A stretch of DNA of 60,155 bases from the sequence record DRR723986_3293; one strand, given 5' to 3'. The notes under the pieces were generated by a model, which ran no database searches, was not told where the DNA came from, and saw only the letters and a program-made list of their open reading frames with translations. Of this stretch, positions 49,669 through 59,531 are shown in pieces. The first letter of the stretch is position 1; each line of letters opens with the position of its first letter. A program made the translations under genes and the position numbers.

Positions 49669-50439
49669 ATGGGACGAGTGGACGGTAAGGTCGCAATTAT
49701 CACTGGCGCTGCCAGCGGCATGGGCAAGGCGGATGCGTACCTGCTTGCCCGGGAGGGCGCCCAGGTCGTGGTCGCCGATCTGAATGAGCAGGACGGTGCT
49801 GCGGTAGCGGCGGACATCGGTACTGCCGCGCGCTTCATGCGGCTGGATGTATCCGATGAGGACAACTGGCGGCAGGTGATAGCTGATACCGTGGCAGCGT
49901 TCGGCCGGCTGGATATCCTGGTGAACAACGCCGGCCTGATGATACTTGGCAGCGTTGTCGATACCGAACTAGACGACTGGCGGCGGACCCACGCGGTCAA
50001 CTCCGACGGAGTATTCCTGGGCTGTAAGCACGCAGTCCCAGCGATGGCCGCCAGCGGTGGTGGCTCGATTATCAATATGTCCTCGGTTGCTGCGCTGCAG
50101 GGCCTTTCCTTTGTGGCGGCCTACAGCGCCAGCAAGGGTGCGGTGAAGAGCCTGACCAAGAGCGTCGCCATGTATTGCAAGGAGCAGAAAAACGGTGTGC
50201 GCTGCAACTCGATTCATCCTGACGGGGTGAAGACGCCGATGGTGGTCAAGGTGGCTACCGGCAGGGATACCGCAACCCAGGAAGAGATCGATGCCCTTGG
50301 CGGTTCCGGCAACATGTGCGATCCGGAAGACATTGCCCACCTGGTGTTGTACCTGGCCTCAGATGAATCCCGGTTCGTCAACGGCGCCGAGATGCTTATC
50401 GACAACGCGGCGACGATCACTCCGCCAATTGGAATCTAG
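49669..50439 (+). CDS. SDR, 3beta/17beta-hydroxysteroid dehydrogenase-like
   Basis: TGAASGMG, LDVS.EDNW, NNAG, YSASK, NSIHPDGVKTPM (the HPDG motif recalls Comamonas 3beta/17beta-HSD). Confidence 0.7.
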   Translation: MGRVDGKVAIITGAASGMGKADAYLLAREGAQVVVADLNEQDGAAVAADIGTAARFMRLDVSDEDNWRQVIADTVAAFGRLDILVNNAGLMILGSVVDTELDDWRRTHAVNSDGVFLGCKHAVPAMAASGGGSIINMSSVAALQGLSFVAAYSASKGAVKSLTKSVAMYCKEQKNGVRCNSIHPDGVKTPMVVKVATGRDTATQEEIDALGGSGNMCDPEDIAHLVLYLASDESRFVNGAEMLIDNAATITPPIGI

Positions 50440-50451
50440 GGGAGAGACGGT

Positions 50452-51153
50452 ATGGAAAAAATCATCTGTCCGCTGTGGAGCCAGCTGAATGGGGACAGCC
50501 TGCGCGAGCAGTTGTGCGGTGACCTGCTCGATGCTCTGCGCCCCTTGCCTTTCGTCCACACGGTGCGACTGGCGGTGGTGGATGCCGCAGTAGACGCGGC
50601 CGCCGGCAAGCGCATGGCCAGCCGCGATCTGCCGGCGGCGGTGGTGTCGATCTGGCTGGACGAGGTGCGCAGGTACCCGGAACTGGTGCCGGCGCTGGAC
50701 GCCGCAGCGGATCGTCATGACGCCTATCTGGTGACGGAGTCAGAACCCCTGGTGAACGATCGTCATGCGTCCGTCGGTGGAGAGCGGGGCTACGGCTTCT
50801 GCCAGGTTGTGTTCCTGCGGCGCCCGCAGCAGATGAGCGTGGGGGACTGGCTGGAAGTCTGGCAGGGCAGCCACACCCAGATTGCCATCGACACCCAGGA
50901 TACCTTCGGCTATCGCCAGAATGTGGTAGTGCGCGCGCTGAATGCCCAGGCGCACCCGGTTGATGCCATCGTAGAGGAGAATTTCCCGCCTGAGGCGATG
51001 ACCTCAGACCACGCGTTTTATGGCGCGGCCGACGATGACACCCTGGCCAGCCACATGACGGCGATGATGGAGAGCTGTGGCCGCTTCATCGACTTCGAGC
51101 ACATCGACGTCATACCAATGAGCGAGTACCTCAGCCGCCCTGCAGGGCCCTGA
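50452..51153 (+). CDS. EthD-like dimeric alpha/beta barrel protein
   Basis: YLVTES.P, FLRRP, W.GSHT..A, GYRQN.VVR, DAIVEE.FP; co-oriented with the SDR. Confidence 0.65.
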   Translation: MEKIICPLWSQLNGDSLREQLCGDLLDALRPLPFVHTVRLAVVDAAVDAAAGKRMASRDLPAAVVSIWLDEVRRYPELVPALDAAADRHDAYLVTESEPLVNDRHASVGGERGYGFCQVVFLRRPQQMSVGDWLEVWQGSHTQIAIDTQDTFGYRQNVVVRALNAQAHPVDAIVEENFPPEAMTSDHAFYGAADDDTLASHMTAMMESCGRFIDFEHIDVIPMSEYLSRPAGP

Positions 51154-52012
51154 TCCGGTCCTCCAGCGGGGGATGTGAGCGAAACAGTCCCGAAAGTCCC
51201 TCTTTCAGCTGCTCGCTGATCCCGAAGGCGGTGAGTTCGCCGGGCAGATCCTGGGGCTGACCCTGCTCGCTGCGCAGGCGCTGCAGCGCGGCGACCATAT
51301 CAGGTGATGTGGTCAGTCGAGCACCTGCCGCGTCGGCGCGGTATTCACGCCAGCGGGAGAACCAGAACACGATCATGCTGGCGAGGAAGCCCAGCAGCAA
51401 TTCAGTGACGATGGTAACCGCGTAGTAGCCCAGGCCGTAGCCGCGTTCGGTTTTGAACACCACCCGATCCACAGTGTGGCCGATGATTCGCGCCAGGAAC
51501 ATCACAAAAGTGTTTACCACGCCCTGGATCAGGGTCAGGGTGATCATGTCACCATTGGCCACATGGCCGATTTCATGGGCCAGTACGGCCTTCACTTCGT
51601 TGGGCCGGAAACGGCGCAGCAGGCCGGCAGAGACGGCGACCAGCGCGTTGTTACGATTCCAGCCGGTGGCGAATGCATTGGATGCCTCGGAGGGGAAGAT
51701 GCCCACTTCCGGCATGCCGATACCCGCATCCTGTGCCAGCTCTGCCACCGTGTCTAGCAGCCACTGCTCTTCGCGGTTGCGGGCTTGTTCGATGATGTAG
51801 GTACCGGTGCCGCGCTTGGCCATCCATTTCGATAGCAGCAGGGAAATCAGTGAGCCGCCGAAGCCGAACAGGGCACAAAACACCAGCAGGCCGCTGAGGT
51901 TGAGATCCACCCCGTTGGCGGCGAGGATGCCCTCCAGGCCGAGCAGGTTGAACACGATGCTGACCAGCACCAGTACGGCCAGGTTGGTGGCCAGAAACAG
52001 CAGGATGCGCAT
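51131..52012 (-). CDS. htpX: membrane zinc protease HtpX
   Basis: MRILLFLATNLAV, NAFATG, HEIGHVANGDM, FSRWREYRAD, SHPPLEDRI. Confidence 0.97.
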   Translation of the reverse strand: MRILLFLATNLAVLVLVSIVFNLLGLEGILAANGVDLNLSGLLVFCALFGFGGSLISLLLSKWMAKRGTGTYIIEQARNREEQWLLDTVAELAQDAGIGMPEVGIFPSEASNAFATGWNRNNALVAVSAGLLRRFRPNEVKAVLAHEIGHVANGDMITLTLIQGVVNTFVMFLARIIGHTVDRVVFKTERGYGLGYYAVTIVTELLLGFLASMIVFWFSRWREYRADAAGARLTTSPDMVAALQRLRSEQGQPQDLPGELTAFGISEQLKEGLSGLFRSHPPLEDRIRALQGG

Positions 52013-52082
52013 AGCCTTGGTTACTCCAGCGATTGACTCAGGTCCCGCTTTGACCGCGGGTTACCGGGAAGATTTCCAGAAG

Positions 52083-52110
52083 AAATGGGTCCGCGCGGCA
52101 AAAATTCAAG
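52083..52110 (-). promoter_or_regulatory. sigma32 (RpoH) promoter of htpX
   Basis: Minus strand CTTGAA-N14-ACCCATTT matches the RpoH consensus; htpX is a known heat-shock gene. Confidence 0.7.
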
Positions 52111-52453
52111 CGTCGTGCGCGCTGGTTTCCGGTTCCTGCTGTTCGGTTGCCGCTTCCCCTTGCTCAGTGAGCGCGAGCTGTTCTGCGGCTTCCAGGGCGG
52201 CCATTTCCTCCTCGGTAAGAGGTACGGGTACGGCGCTGGGTTCGATCACCGGTTCGCCACGTTCTCCAAGTTCCGCGGCCAGTACCTCGCCACGCAGCTC
52301 GATGTCCCGAGCGCTCAGTTCCACCAGCGTATTGACGGCCTCATCTTCGTGGCGCAGGCGCATGACAACGCGCGGCTCGCTGCCGTCTACCCAGGCCTTG
52401 CGCTTGCCCCAGTAATGGCCGAGTTGATTGCGGATGACATAGACGTCGCTCAT
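52106..52453 (-). CDS. hypothetical protein with acidic C-terminus
   Basis: 115 aa ORF with a GAGG RBS; fills the gap; no recognised motif. Confidence 0.65.
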   Translation of the reverse strand: MSDVYVIRNQLGHYWGKRKAWVDGSEPRVVMRLRHEDEAVNTLVELSARDIELRGEVLAAELGERGEPVIEPSAVPVPLTEEEMAALEAAEQLALTEQGEAATEQQEPETSAHDA

Positions 52454-52538
52454 GGCGTGGGTAGTTCCCTCAAAATTGGACAGCGCGCAGTTTACGGATT
52501 GCGGCGATAGCTTGCCAGTCTGTGACGGCCGCCAGGCT

Positions 52539-53255
52539 TTAACCCAGCAGCAGGTCCTTGGCCTGGTTGATCTTTGCTGCCAGGTAATCGTTCCCGCCGC
52601 GGTCCGGGTGCAGTTTCTGCATCAGTTTCCGATGTGCTGCGACGATGTCCTCGTCGCTGGCATCGTCCTCCAGTCCCAGCACGGCCAGCGCTTCTGAGCG
52701 GCTCATCCCGCTGCCGGAGTCCGGCGGCGGGCTGCTGGTGCCGGTAAACTGCTCACCGGGGAAGCGTTGCTGCAGATAGCTGTCCAACAACTGGACGGAG
52801 TCGGCATCTTCTGCCTGACAGTAGCTATAGAGCTCGCGCAATTGCGCCTGGTCCATTTCTTCCAGGCGCCACTCACGGTAGCCGCCCTTGAGTACTTCCC
52901 CGCTCAGGGCGCCGCTGTCGTGGTCGAGTTGCATCCGCAGGATATCGGTTTCCACGGTGGATTGTTGCCCTGCGGACGGCCCCACGCCTGTCTGGCTGCG
53001 CAGGCTGCCCAGCATCGGGAACAGCCGGACCAGGGTCGGCAGCAGTTGTCGCACCACCACCAGCAGACCGGTGACGGCGGCACCGATCCAGTGCATGCGT
53101 CCGGTGAGGGTAAGTCCGATTACGACTACCACGGCGATGCCCAGGCCAAGCTTGATGTATTCGCCGCGGCGCTTGTGGGGAGGCAGTGACTGGGCGCGGC
53201 GCAGCAGGATGTAAACAACGGCAATGATGGCCAGGAGCAGGATCAGTCGGGCCAC
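52539..53255 (-). CDS. membrane-anchored J-domain protein (Pam18/Tim14-like C-terminal J domain)
   Basis: Three hydrophobic N-terminal segments; [12 protein letters not shown]...[30 protein letters not shown]. Confidence 0.85.
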   Translation of the reverse strand: MARLILLLAIIAVVYILLRRAQSLPPHKRRGEYIKLGLGIAVVVVIGLTLTGRMHWIGAAVTGLLVVVRQLLPTLVRLFPMLGSLRSQTGVGPSAGQQSTVETDILRMQLDHDSGALSGEVLKGGYREWRLEEMDQAQLRELYSYCQAEDADSVQLLDSYLQQRFPGEQFTGTSSPPPDSGSGMSRSEALAVLGLEDDASDEDIVAAHRKLMQKLHPDRGGNDYLAAKINQAKDLLLG

Positions 53256-53262
53256 GGTTTCC

Positions 53263-53949
53263 TCAGGATTTCAGTTGTTGAAGCAGCAGTTTAGCATCCT
53301 TGTCGCTATTGTTTGCCAGTGCCTTGCGGCCGCCGGCGGCATACCGGGCGACCGCGCCCAACAGGCTTGCAAGAGTCGTAGCGCTGCGCTGGTCGAACCG
53401 CGCCCAGGCGCCGCCGCTGAGCTTCGCCATGCTGCGGAAGGTTTGTTCGACCCGCGTGTCCAAGCCCTCCTGAAACAGGAACAGCGGGAGTCCCAGCATG
53501 CCGCACTGGCCGGCGAGCTGGCACAGGGTATCGGGATTTTCCTCAAGTGCGTCACCGATAAACACCAGCGCCCGGATCTGCGCCCGTCCGTGCTCGGCAA
53601 TGCCGTGTCTCAGCACCCGGGCAATCTGGGTATGGCCGCCCTCACAGTGAACCCGCCCCATCGCCTGCTGCAGGCTGCCGGCGTCCGCCAGCCACTGGCT
53701 GGCGCGAAACTCATTGAAGCCGCGGTAGTAGCAAAGCTGCACAGAGAGCTGGGCGATTGAACGGGTGCTGTCGAACATGCCGCGCTGCAGCTGGCAGGCG
53801 CTGTCCCAGGTGGGTTGGCGGCTGGCCGTGGCGTCGACGGCGAATAGCAGTCGCGGCTGGCGAGAGACGAATTCGGTGATGTCCCGCTTTTTTTGCAGGA
53901 AACGCTGGATGTCGCCGGAACTGGAGCGCCTGCTGGGAGGTTTGGCCAT
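53263..53949 (-). CDS. VWA-domain protein
   Basis: MIDAS-like [29 protein letters not shown]. Confidence 0.8.
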   Translation of the reverse strand: MAKPPSRRSSSGDIQRFLQKKRDITEFVSRQPRLLFAVDATASRQPTWDSACQLQRGMFDSTRSIAQLSVQLCYYRGFNEFRASQWLADAGSLQQAMGRVHCEGGHTQIARVLRHGIAEHGRAQIRALVFIGDALEENPDTLCQLAGQCGMLGLPLFLFQEGLDTRVEQTFRSMAKLSGGAWARFDQRSATTLASLLGAVARYAAGGRKALANNSDKDAKLLLQQLKS

Positions 53950-53968
53950 CAGGTCCGGACGAGGGCCC

Positions 53969-54166
53969 TCATTCGGCGGCGGACCGGGAGTCCAGTTTGC
54001 CGAGGGTGACCAGTTCGGTGAGGTAATGCCGACGGGCGGACAACTCGGCGATAGCCGCGTCCAATTCTACCTTGCCGGCACATTCTGCGTCGGGGTCGGT
54101 AACGATTTGCCAGAGTTTGCGGCTGCAAAGCTCCCCGGCATTGAAGTCAGGTGTTGCTTGAGTCAT
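53969..54166 (-). CDS. small hypothetical protein
   Basis: 65 aa ORF upstream of the VWA gene on the same strand, with a purine-rich RBS. Confidence 0.5.
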   Translation of the reverse strand: MTQATPDFNAGELCSRKLWQIVTDPDAECAGKVELDAAIAELSARRHYLTELVTLGKLDSRSAAE

Positions 54167-54285
54167 GGTGTAATTTCTTTCCGTTGTGTCGCCAGCGAAG
54201 TATCCGCTCTGGCGGGGCAGGCGCAGTTTAGCGACCCTTTATGTCAGGTCTGTGACGCGGCCCGGCGACGTTCTATGGCGACAGC

Positions 54286-56340
54286 TTACACCGCGGCAAG
54301 CGAAAAAGGGAAGGGCGGTGGGCCATCGAATATTGGCCCCTCCAGCATGGGAGCACTATCGGCATCCCATGCTGCCACCCTGAAGCTGGCCGAATGATGA
54401 CTTGGCGGGGGGCTGGTGAACGGTGATTTCAGATCCGGCATGGTAACCAGGGTGACCTGCAGATCCTCCTTGCTGAAAGTCGCCAGGCCAAAGCCATTGG
54501 CGGCGCTGTCAACGTACTTGAGGCCCGGGTTGGCCTCATTTGGGCCCAGCCAGTCCACCAGGGTGCCGATGCCGGTGCGATCGTAGGCCAGTGAAGCGAG
54601 TACGCCCTGCATCAGGGTCATGTTCCAGCTTGGCTGCAGTTCGCCGTCGCTGGTGGTGTAGACCATAGGCTGGAAATCCGGATTCCCCTTGCGCGCCCGC
54701 GAGGCCACATAATCGAACAGCGGCGTTGAACTGATCCCTGCTACTGAAAAATCCACCGCCACCGGGGGGCTGTCTGGTTCCTCAGGGGAGCGATAAATGG
54801 TGCCGGCCCCGTGCATATGGTGGTCGCCAGAGAGGGAGACCAGGCCCTGTATGCCCTCATCATCGAGGGTGCTCATCAGCAGGCGAAGTTCATGGGGATA
54901 GCCCGCCCAGGGGTCGATGCTGAAGATGCTGTCTTCAAGGTTGGCAAACGGCACCGATGACGTGTCAATGCGCAGGGACAGCAGCGGCAGGGCATTGCCC
55001 CAGAGTTTCCAGCGCGCGTCCGATTCGCGCAGGCCGGCCAGCAGCCAGTCCCGCTGGGTTGTGCCCAGGCAGGTGCCGGGCTCCCGATCACGCGCGGGAT
55101 TGGGTGTCGTGCCGTCACCATAGGGCAGGGTTTCGGGCGGTGAGCCGCTGTTGTAGGCATTGCCCCCATCCGCGATGTCGACCAGTTTGGCGGTATTCAT
55201 CGGCAGCCCCAGCTCGTCGGCGAAGTGCTTTGATAGGCATGGCTCGCTGCGGTAACTGCGGGTGTCGGTCAGGAAAATATCGAGGTGCGCCCCCCAGCGC
55301 AGGCGCCGGTAGATGCACAAGCTGTCCAGCGCTGCCGTATTCATAGCGCTTTCGTCACCGGCCAGGCTCTGCTGCAGGAAGTCATGGGCTGGGCCACCGC
55401 TATTATCTGACAGCACTGCGGGGATGAATTCGAACCAGGCCTGGTTCGCGCTCAGTTTGCGCTGCGGTTCAAACAGCGGTTTCTCGCCGTAGGTGCTGTA
55501 GCTCTGGAAACAGTTGTCACTGAACTCGTGATCATCCCAGACGCAGAGAAAAGGCCAGCGCGCCCGCGCGTCCTGCAGCTGCGGGTCAGTGAGGTAGGTC
55601 TTGTACAGGTGCCGGTAGTCAGCCAGGCTGACCGCATGGCGGGTGCTCTCGTTTTCGGAACCATCCGGAAATGGCGGCACGTAACGCGACTGGGAACTGC
55701 CGTCGAGCCGCTTGTGCCAGCTGCGTTCGTAGATGAAGTCACCGAGATGCAGTACGAAATCGATGGCCTCGTCGGCCGCCGCGCGCCGATCATCCGCCAG
55801 CAGCCGGGCCCAGGAACCGTAATAACCCTGTTCGAAACTCTGGCAGCTGACGAAGGCGAGCCGCACTGCGCGCTCGTCATCCAGGGGCCGGGCGGTCATG
55901 GTGCGACCAACCCGCGAGCGACTGTCGCTGCCGCCGATGAAGCGGTAGAAATAATGCCGGCCCGGTTCCAGTCCGTCGATGAAGGCGCGTACGGTGTAGT
56001 CGCTGGCGGCATCGGTGTACAGCTGCTTTTCCAGCAGTGGTTGGGTGAAGGCTTCATCTGCAGCCAGCTGCAGCAGCAGGTCCACCCGACCGACAGCGGC
56101 AGTGATGTCACTTTCGCCGCCACCCGCCTGACCCGCTGCCACCTCGCCGACCACCGGGACTGCCCGGGTCCACAGCATCACGCTGTGCTGGCGGGGATCG
56201 CCGGACGCCACGCCCTGGGGGAACGCCAGTGCCGCAGCAGTGGTAGGTAGCTCTCGGGCAAAGGCCGACAGTCCGCCCACAGTAGCGAAGAAGGTGCTGC
56301 CTGAAAGCATCCCGAGCAGGGTGCGGCGGGTCATCGGCAT
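54286..56340 (-). CDS. phoD: PhoD-family alkaline phosphatase/phosphodiesterase, Tat-exported
   Basis: TRRTLL Tat motif, FPQGVASGDP, LWTR, VSCQ, HLGDFIYE, WDDHEF, DTRSYR, DPWAGY, LSGDHH. Confidence 0.9.
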   Translation of the reverse strand: MPMTRRTLLGMLSGSTFFATVGGLSAFARELPTTAAALAFPQGVASGDPRQHSVMLWTRAVPVVGEVAAGQAGGGESDITAAVGRVDLLLQLAADEAFTQPLLEKQLYTDAASDYTVRAFIDGLEPGRHYFYRFIGGSDSRSRVGRTMTARPLDDERAVRLAFVSCQSFEQGYYGSWARLLADDRRAAADEAIDFVLHLGDFIYERSWHKRLDGSSQSRYVPPFPDGSENESTRHAVSLADYRHLYKTYLTDPQLQDARARWPFLCVWDDHEFSDNCFQSYSTYGEKPLFEPQRKLSANQAWFEFIPAVLSDNSGGPAHDFLQQSLAGDESAMNTAALDSLCIYRRLRWGAHLDIFLTDTRSYRSEPCLSKHFADELGLPMNTAKLVDIADGGNAYNSGSPPETLPYGDGTTPNPARDREPGTCLGTTQRDWLLAGLRESDARWKLWGNALPLLSLRIDTSSVPFANLEDSIFSIDPWAGYPHELRLLMSTLDDEGIQGLVSLSGDHHMHGAGTIYRSPEEPDSPPVAVDFSVAGISSTPLFDYVASRARKGNPDFQPMVYTTSDGELQPSWNMTLMQGVLASLAYDRTGIGTLVDWLGPNEANPGLKYVDSAANGFGLATFSKEDLQVTLVTMPDLKSPFTSPPPSHHSASFRVAAWDADSAPMLEGPIFDGPPPFPFSLAAV

Positions 56341-56459
56341 AGCGGCGGGTTCCGTTGGCGAAAAGCAGGTACTGTAGCCCAGCGGAGGGTAGCTTGGGAA
56401 CATACTCTGCGGGTTGCGGTCTGTATGATCCACTGCCCAAGCTCGCTATAATCAGGCCC

Positions 56460-57119
56460 ATGAAACTGTTTGATATTCGCAAGAAGCACGCCATGCCCTC
56501 CGCTGACTCCGCCCTGCCGGGGCGCGAGGACGCGATGCCGGTGCCGGCGCAGCATTTCGTCAACGGCAATCCCCTGCAGGAACCCTTTCCCCCGGGGCTC
56601 GAAAAAGCCGTGTTCGGTATGGGCTGCTTTTGGGGCGTTGAGCGCCGTTTCTGGCAGATGGACGGCGTGTTCAGCACGGCAGCGGGCTACGCCGCCGGGC
56701 TGACGCCTAATCCCACTTACCGGGAGGTATGCTCTGGCCAGACCGGGCACAACGAGGTGGTTCTGGTGGTATTCGATCCCAGTGTCGTGGGCTACGCAGA
56801 GCTGCTGCAAAGCTTCTGGGAAGGCCATGATCCCACCCAGGGTATGCGCCAGGGCAATGATTTGGGTACTCAGTACCGGTCGGGCATCTACACCTTCGGT
56901 GACGAGCAGGCGCGGCTTGCGGCGGCCTCCCGCGAGACCTTCCAGAGTGCGCTGAATGCTGCCGGATTCGGCGAGATCACTACCGAGATCCTGCCCGCAC
57001 CGGTGTTCTATTACGCAGAGGATTACCACCAGCAGTATCTGGCCAAGAACCCGGGCGGTTATTGCGGGCTCGGTGGTACCGGGGTCAGCTGCCCAGCGGG
57101 CCTCGACGTGGCCAGCTGA
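56460..57119 (+). CDS. msrA: peptide methionine sulfoxide reductase A
   Basis: [50 protein letters not shown]. Confidence 0.97.
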   Translation: MKLFDIRKKHAMPSADSALPGREDAMPVPAQHFVNGNPLQEPFPPGLEKAVFGMGCFWGVERRFWQMDGVFSTAAGYAAGLTPNPTYREVCSGQTGHNEVVLVVFDPSVVGYAELLQSFWEGHDPTQGMRQGNDLGTQYRSGIYTFGDEQARLAAASRETFQSALNAAGFGEITTEILPAPVFYYAEDYHQQYLAKNPGGYCGLGGTGVSCPAGLDVAS

Positions 57120-57144
57120 GACGTCCGCCGGCGGCCCGCTTGCG

Positions 57145-58260
57145 GTGGAATCCCGGCGCAAAATCATCCATATCGACGCGGACGCGTTTTACGCTTCGGT
57201 TGAAATTCGCGAAGACCCCAGCCTGGCCGGAAAGCCGATCGCGGTAGGTGGGCGGGCCACCCGTCGCGGGGTGATAGCTGCCGCCAGCTACGAAGCCCGG
57301 GCGTTCGGCGTGCGCTCGGCCATGGCCTCGTCCCGGGCCATGACGCTCTGTCCCCAGTTGCTCATCCTGGCACCGCGCTTTGACCTGTATCGCACGGTGT
57401 CGGCCCAGTTTCACGAGGTGTTCCGCGAGTTTACCGATTGCATTGAACCGCTGTCCCTCGATGAGGCCTATCTCGACGTCAGCGAATCTACCTTATGTGA
57501 CGGTAGCGCAACCCTGATTGCCGGACAGATCAGGCAGCGTATCCTGGAGCGGACCGGTTTGACGGTGTCCGCCGGCATCGCGCCCAACAAGTTCCTCGCC
57601 AAGGTTGCCAGCGACTGGCACAAGCCCAATGGCCAGTTCACCGTGGCCCCGGAACAGGTGCCCGATTTTGTGCGCCAACTGCCGGTCAGCAAGATCAACG
57701 GGGTGGGCAAGGTGATGACCCGGCGGCTGGCGCGTCTGGGTGTGCAGACCTGCGGCGACCTGCAACAGGTGCCGCTGGCTGACCTGGTCAGCCGCTTCGG
57801 TAAGTACGGCCAGCGCCTGTCAGAGGTGGCCAGCGGCATCGACGAGCGGCCGGTGCAGACCGCCCGGGTGCGCAAGTCGATCAGCGTTGAGCGTACCTTC
57901 TCCGCGGACCTTACCGACCAGGCAGGGATGCGCGAGGCACTGCTCAGCCTGCTCCAGGAACTGAAACTTCGCTTCGCCAGGATCGACGCGCGTTACTTGC
58001 CGATCAAGCGCTTCATCAAGGTCAAGTTTGCCGACTTCAGCCAGACCACCCTGGAGGAAGTGCTGCCGGCGGATGGGTCGGACTGGTCAGGGCTGGATGA
58101 TTTCCAGCGTTTGCTGGCCGGCGCCTGGTCCCGTGGAGGCAAGCCCGTCCGTCTGCTGGGAGCCGGTCTTCGCCTGCGCCCGGTGGCGGATGACAACACG
58201 GAGCAGTTGGCCCTGTTCGAGGAGGCCGAGGCGGGCCTGGAAAACGAGGTGGCGCGCTAG
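57145..58260 (+). CDS. dinB: DNA polymerase IV
   Basis: IIHIDADAFYASVE, SYEARAFGVRSAM, LSLDEAYLD, NKFLAK..SDW.KPNG, VRLLG, clamp motif QLALF. Confidence 0.95.
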   Translation: MESRRKIIHIDADAFYASVEIREDPSLAGKPIAVGGRATRRGVIAAASYEARAFGVRSAMASSRAMTLCPQLLILAPRFDLYRTVSAQFHEVFREFTDCIEPLSLDEAYLDVSESTLCDGSATLIAGQIRQRILERTGLTVSAGIAPNKFLAKVASDWHKPNGQFTVAPEQVPDFVRQLPVSKINGVGKVMTRRLARLGVQTCGDLQQVPLADLVSRFGKYGQRLSEVASGIDERPVQTARVRKSISVERTFSADLTDQAGMREALLSLLQELKLRFARIDARYLPIKRFIKVKFADFSQTTLEEVLPADGSDWSGLDDFQRLLAGAWSRGGKPVRLLGAGLRLRPVADDNTEQLALFEEAEAGLENEVAR

Positions 58261-58697
58261 AAGTCCTGTTCTTCCGGTTCGCTCAGCTCCAGCTGCTCCA
58301 TCAGGTGGATTGCGACCTCGACAAAGTCCGAGTCGGTGATGATGCCCACGGGAATCCCATCGCGCACGACGGGCAGGCAACCGATACGCTGTTGCTTCAG
58401 CGTTAGCGCGGTGCCACGCAGACGATCCTGCTCCTGCACCGTCTTGGCGGGCGAACTCATGATGGCCGACAGCGCGACATAGGCCTCCTTGCCGGGCTCG
58501 CCCTGGTGCAGGATTTGCGAATCACTCGCGGCCAGGACATCGCGATGGGATACCACGCCAACCAGACGGCCATCGGGACTGACAATCGGAATATGCCGGA
58601 CGTGGTGCTGTTTCATCAGGTCGCGGGCATCGGCCACGCTGGCATCCGGGGAAAGGGTATACGGCTCACGGGTCATAATATCGGCGACGGTCAGCAT
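58257..58697 (-). CDS. CBS-pair protein (AcuB-like)
   Basis: VADIMT, VRHIPIV, GVVSHRDV, IGCLPVV, GIITDSDF. Confidence 0.88.
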   Translation of the reverse strand: MLTVADIMTREPYTLSPDASVADARDLMKQHHVRHIPIVSPDGRLVGVVSHRDVLAASDSQILHQGEPGKEAYVALSAIMSSPAKTVQEQDRLRGTALTLKQQRIGCLPVVRDGIPVGIITDSDFVEVAIHLMEQLELSEPEEQDF

Positions 58698-58803
58698 AGC
58701 GCTCCTGAACCTCCATTGCGCAGTGATGGGGGCAACGATAGCGCCGCCGGCATTGCACAACCTTGATCGTGGTCAATGAGCAGTCGCGGCGCGACCCGCG
58801 GGA

Positions 58804-59526
58804 TCAATTTTGGTCGACTGCCAGTTGGCGCCCGATGGCTGTGGTGAGGGCGGTTTCCACCCGGAGAATCCGGGAGCCAAGGGAAACCGGCTGGCAGCCC
58901 GCAGCCTGGCATTGCTCTACCTCGTAGGGGATGAATCCGCCCTCCGGGCCGAGTACCAGCACAGTCGGTATTCCGGCATCTGCCGGGCAGGGGGGGTGGT
59001 CCCCGGGGTGAGCGATCAGTCCGCGACGCCCCGCGACCATGCCTGGCAGCAGGTCCTCTGCGAAAGGCCGGAAGCGCCGGTGCAGACTGACTTTCGGCAG
59101 TACGGTATCGCGCGCCTGTTCCAGGCCCTGCAGCAGGTAGTCGCGCAGAGTGGCGTCCTGCAATACGGGCGACTGCCAGTAGCTTTTCTCCACCCGGTAG
59201 CTGTTGATCATGTGCAGTTCGCTGACCCCACACTCGGCGACTGTGCGCAGGATGCGTCGCAGCATTTTGGGTCGGGGCAGGGCTAGCACCAGCACCAGTG
59301 GCAACTTGGCCGGCGGCGTTTGCCGAAGGTCCAGGGTAAGCTCCGCCGCCTCGGCGTCCAGGCGGGTGATGAGCCCTTCACCGGTAGCGCCGTCGATTTC
59401 ACCCACCCGCACCGTGTCGCCGATGCTGGCACCGTGCACCTCGCGCAGGTGGACGAGGCGGCGGTCGCTGATCCGGATCCGGTCGCCGGCGATCCGGTCG
59501 CGGTCAGTGAACAGCAGCAGGTTCAC
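58804..59526 (-). CDS. rsmE: 16S rRNA m3U1498 methyltransferase RsmE family
   Basis: HLREV, LPRPK, EQARDT.LP, LGPEGGF..E, SLGSRILRVETA. Confidence 0.88.
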   Translation of the reverse strand: MNLLLFTDRDRIAGDRIRISDRRLVHLREVHGASIGDTVRVGEIDGATGEGLITRLDAEAAELTLDLRQTPPAKLPLVLVLALPRPKMLRRILRTVAECGVSELHMINSYRVEKSYWQSPVLQDATLRDYLLQGLEQARDTVLPKVSLHRRFRPFAEDLLPGMVAGRRGLIAHPGDHPPCPADAGIPTVLVLGPEGGFIPYEVEQCQAAGCQPVSLGSRILRVETALTTAIGRQLAVDQN

Positions 59527-59531
59527 CTCGG

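Noticed and set aside
56421-56436. CTGTATGATCCACTGC as a LexA box for msrA-dinB
   Set aside because: Lacks the CAG right half-site at CTG-N10-CAG spacing.
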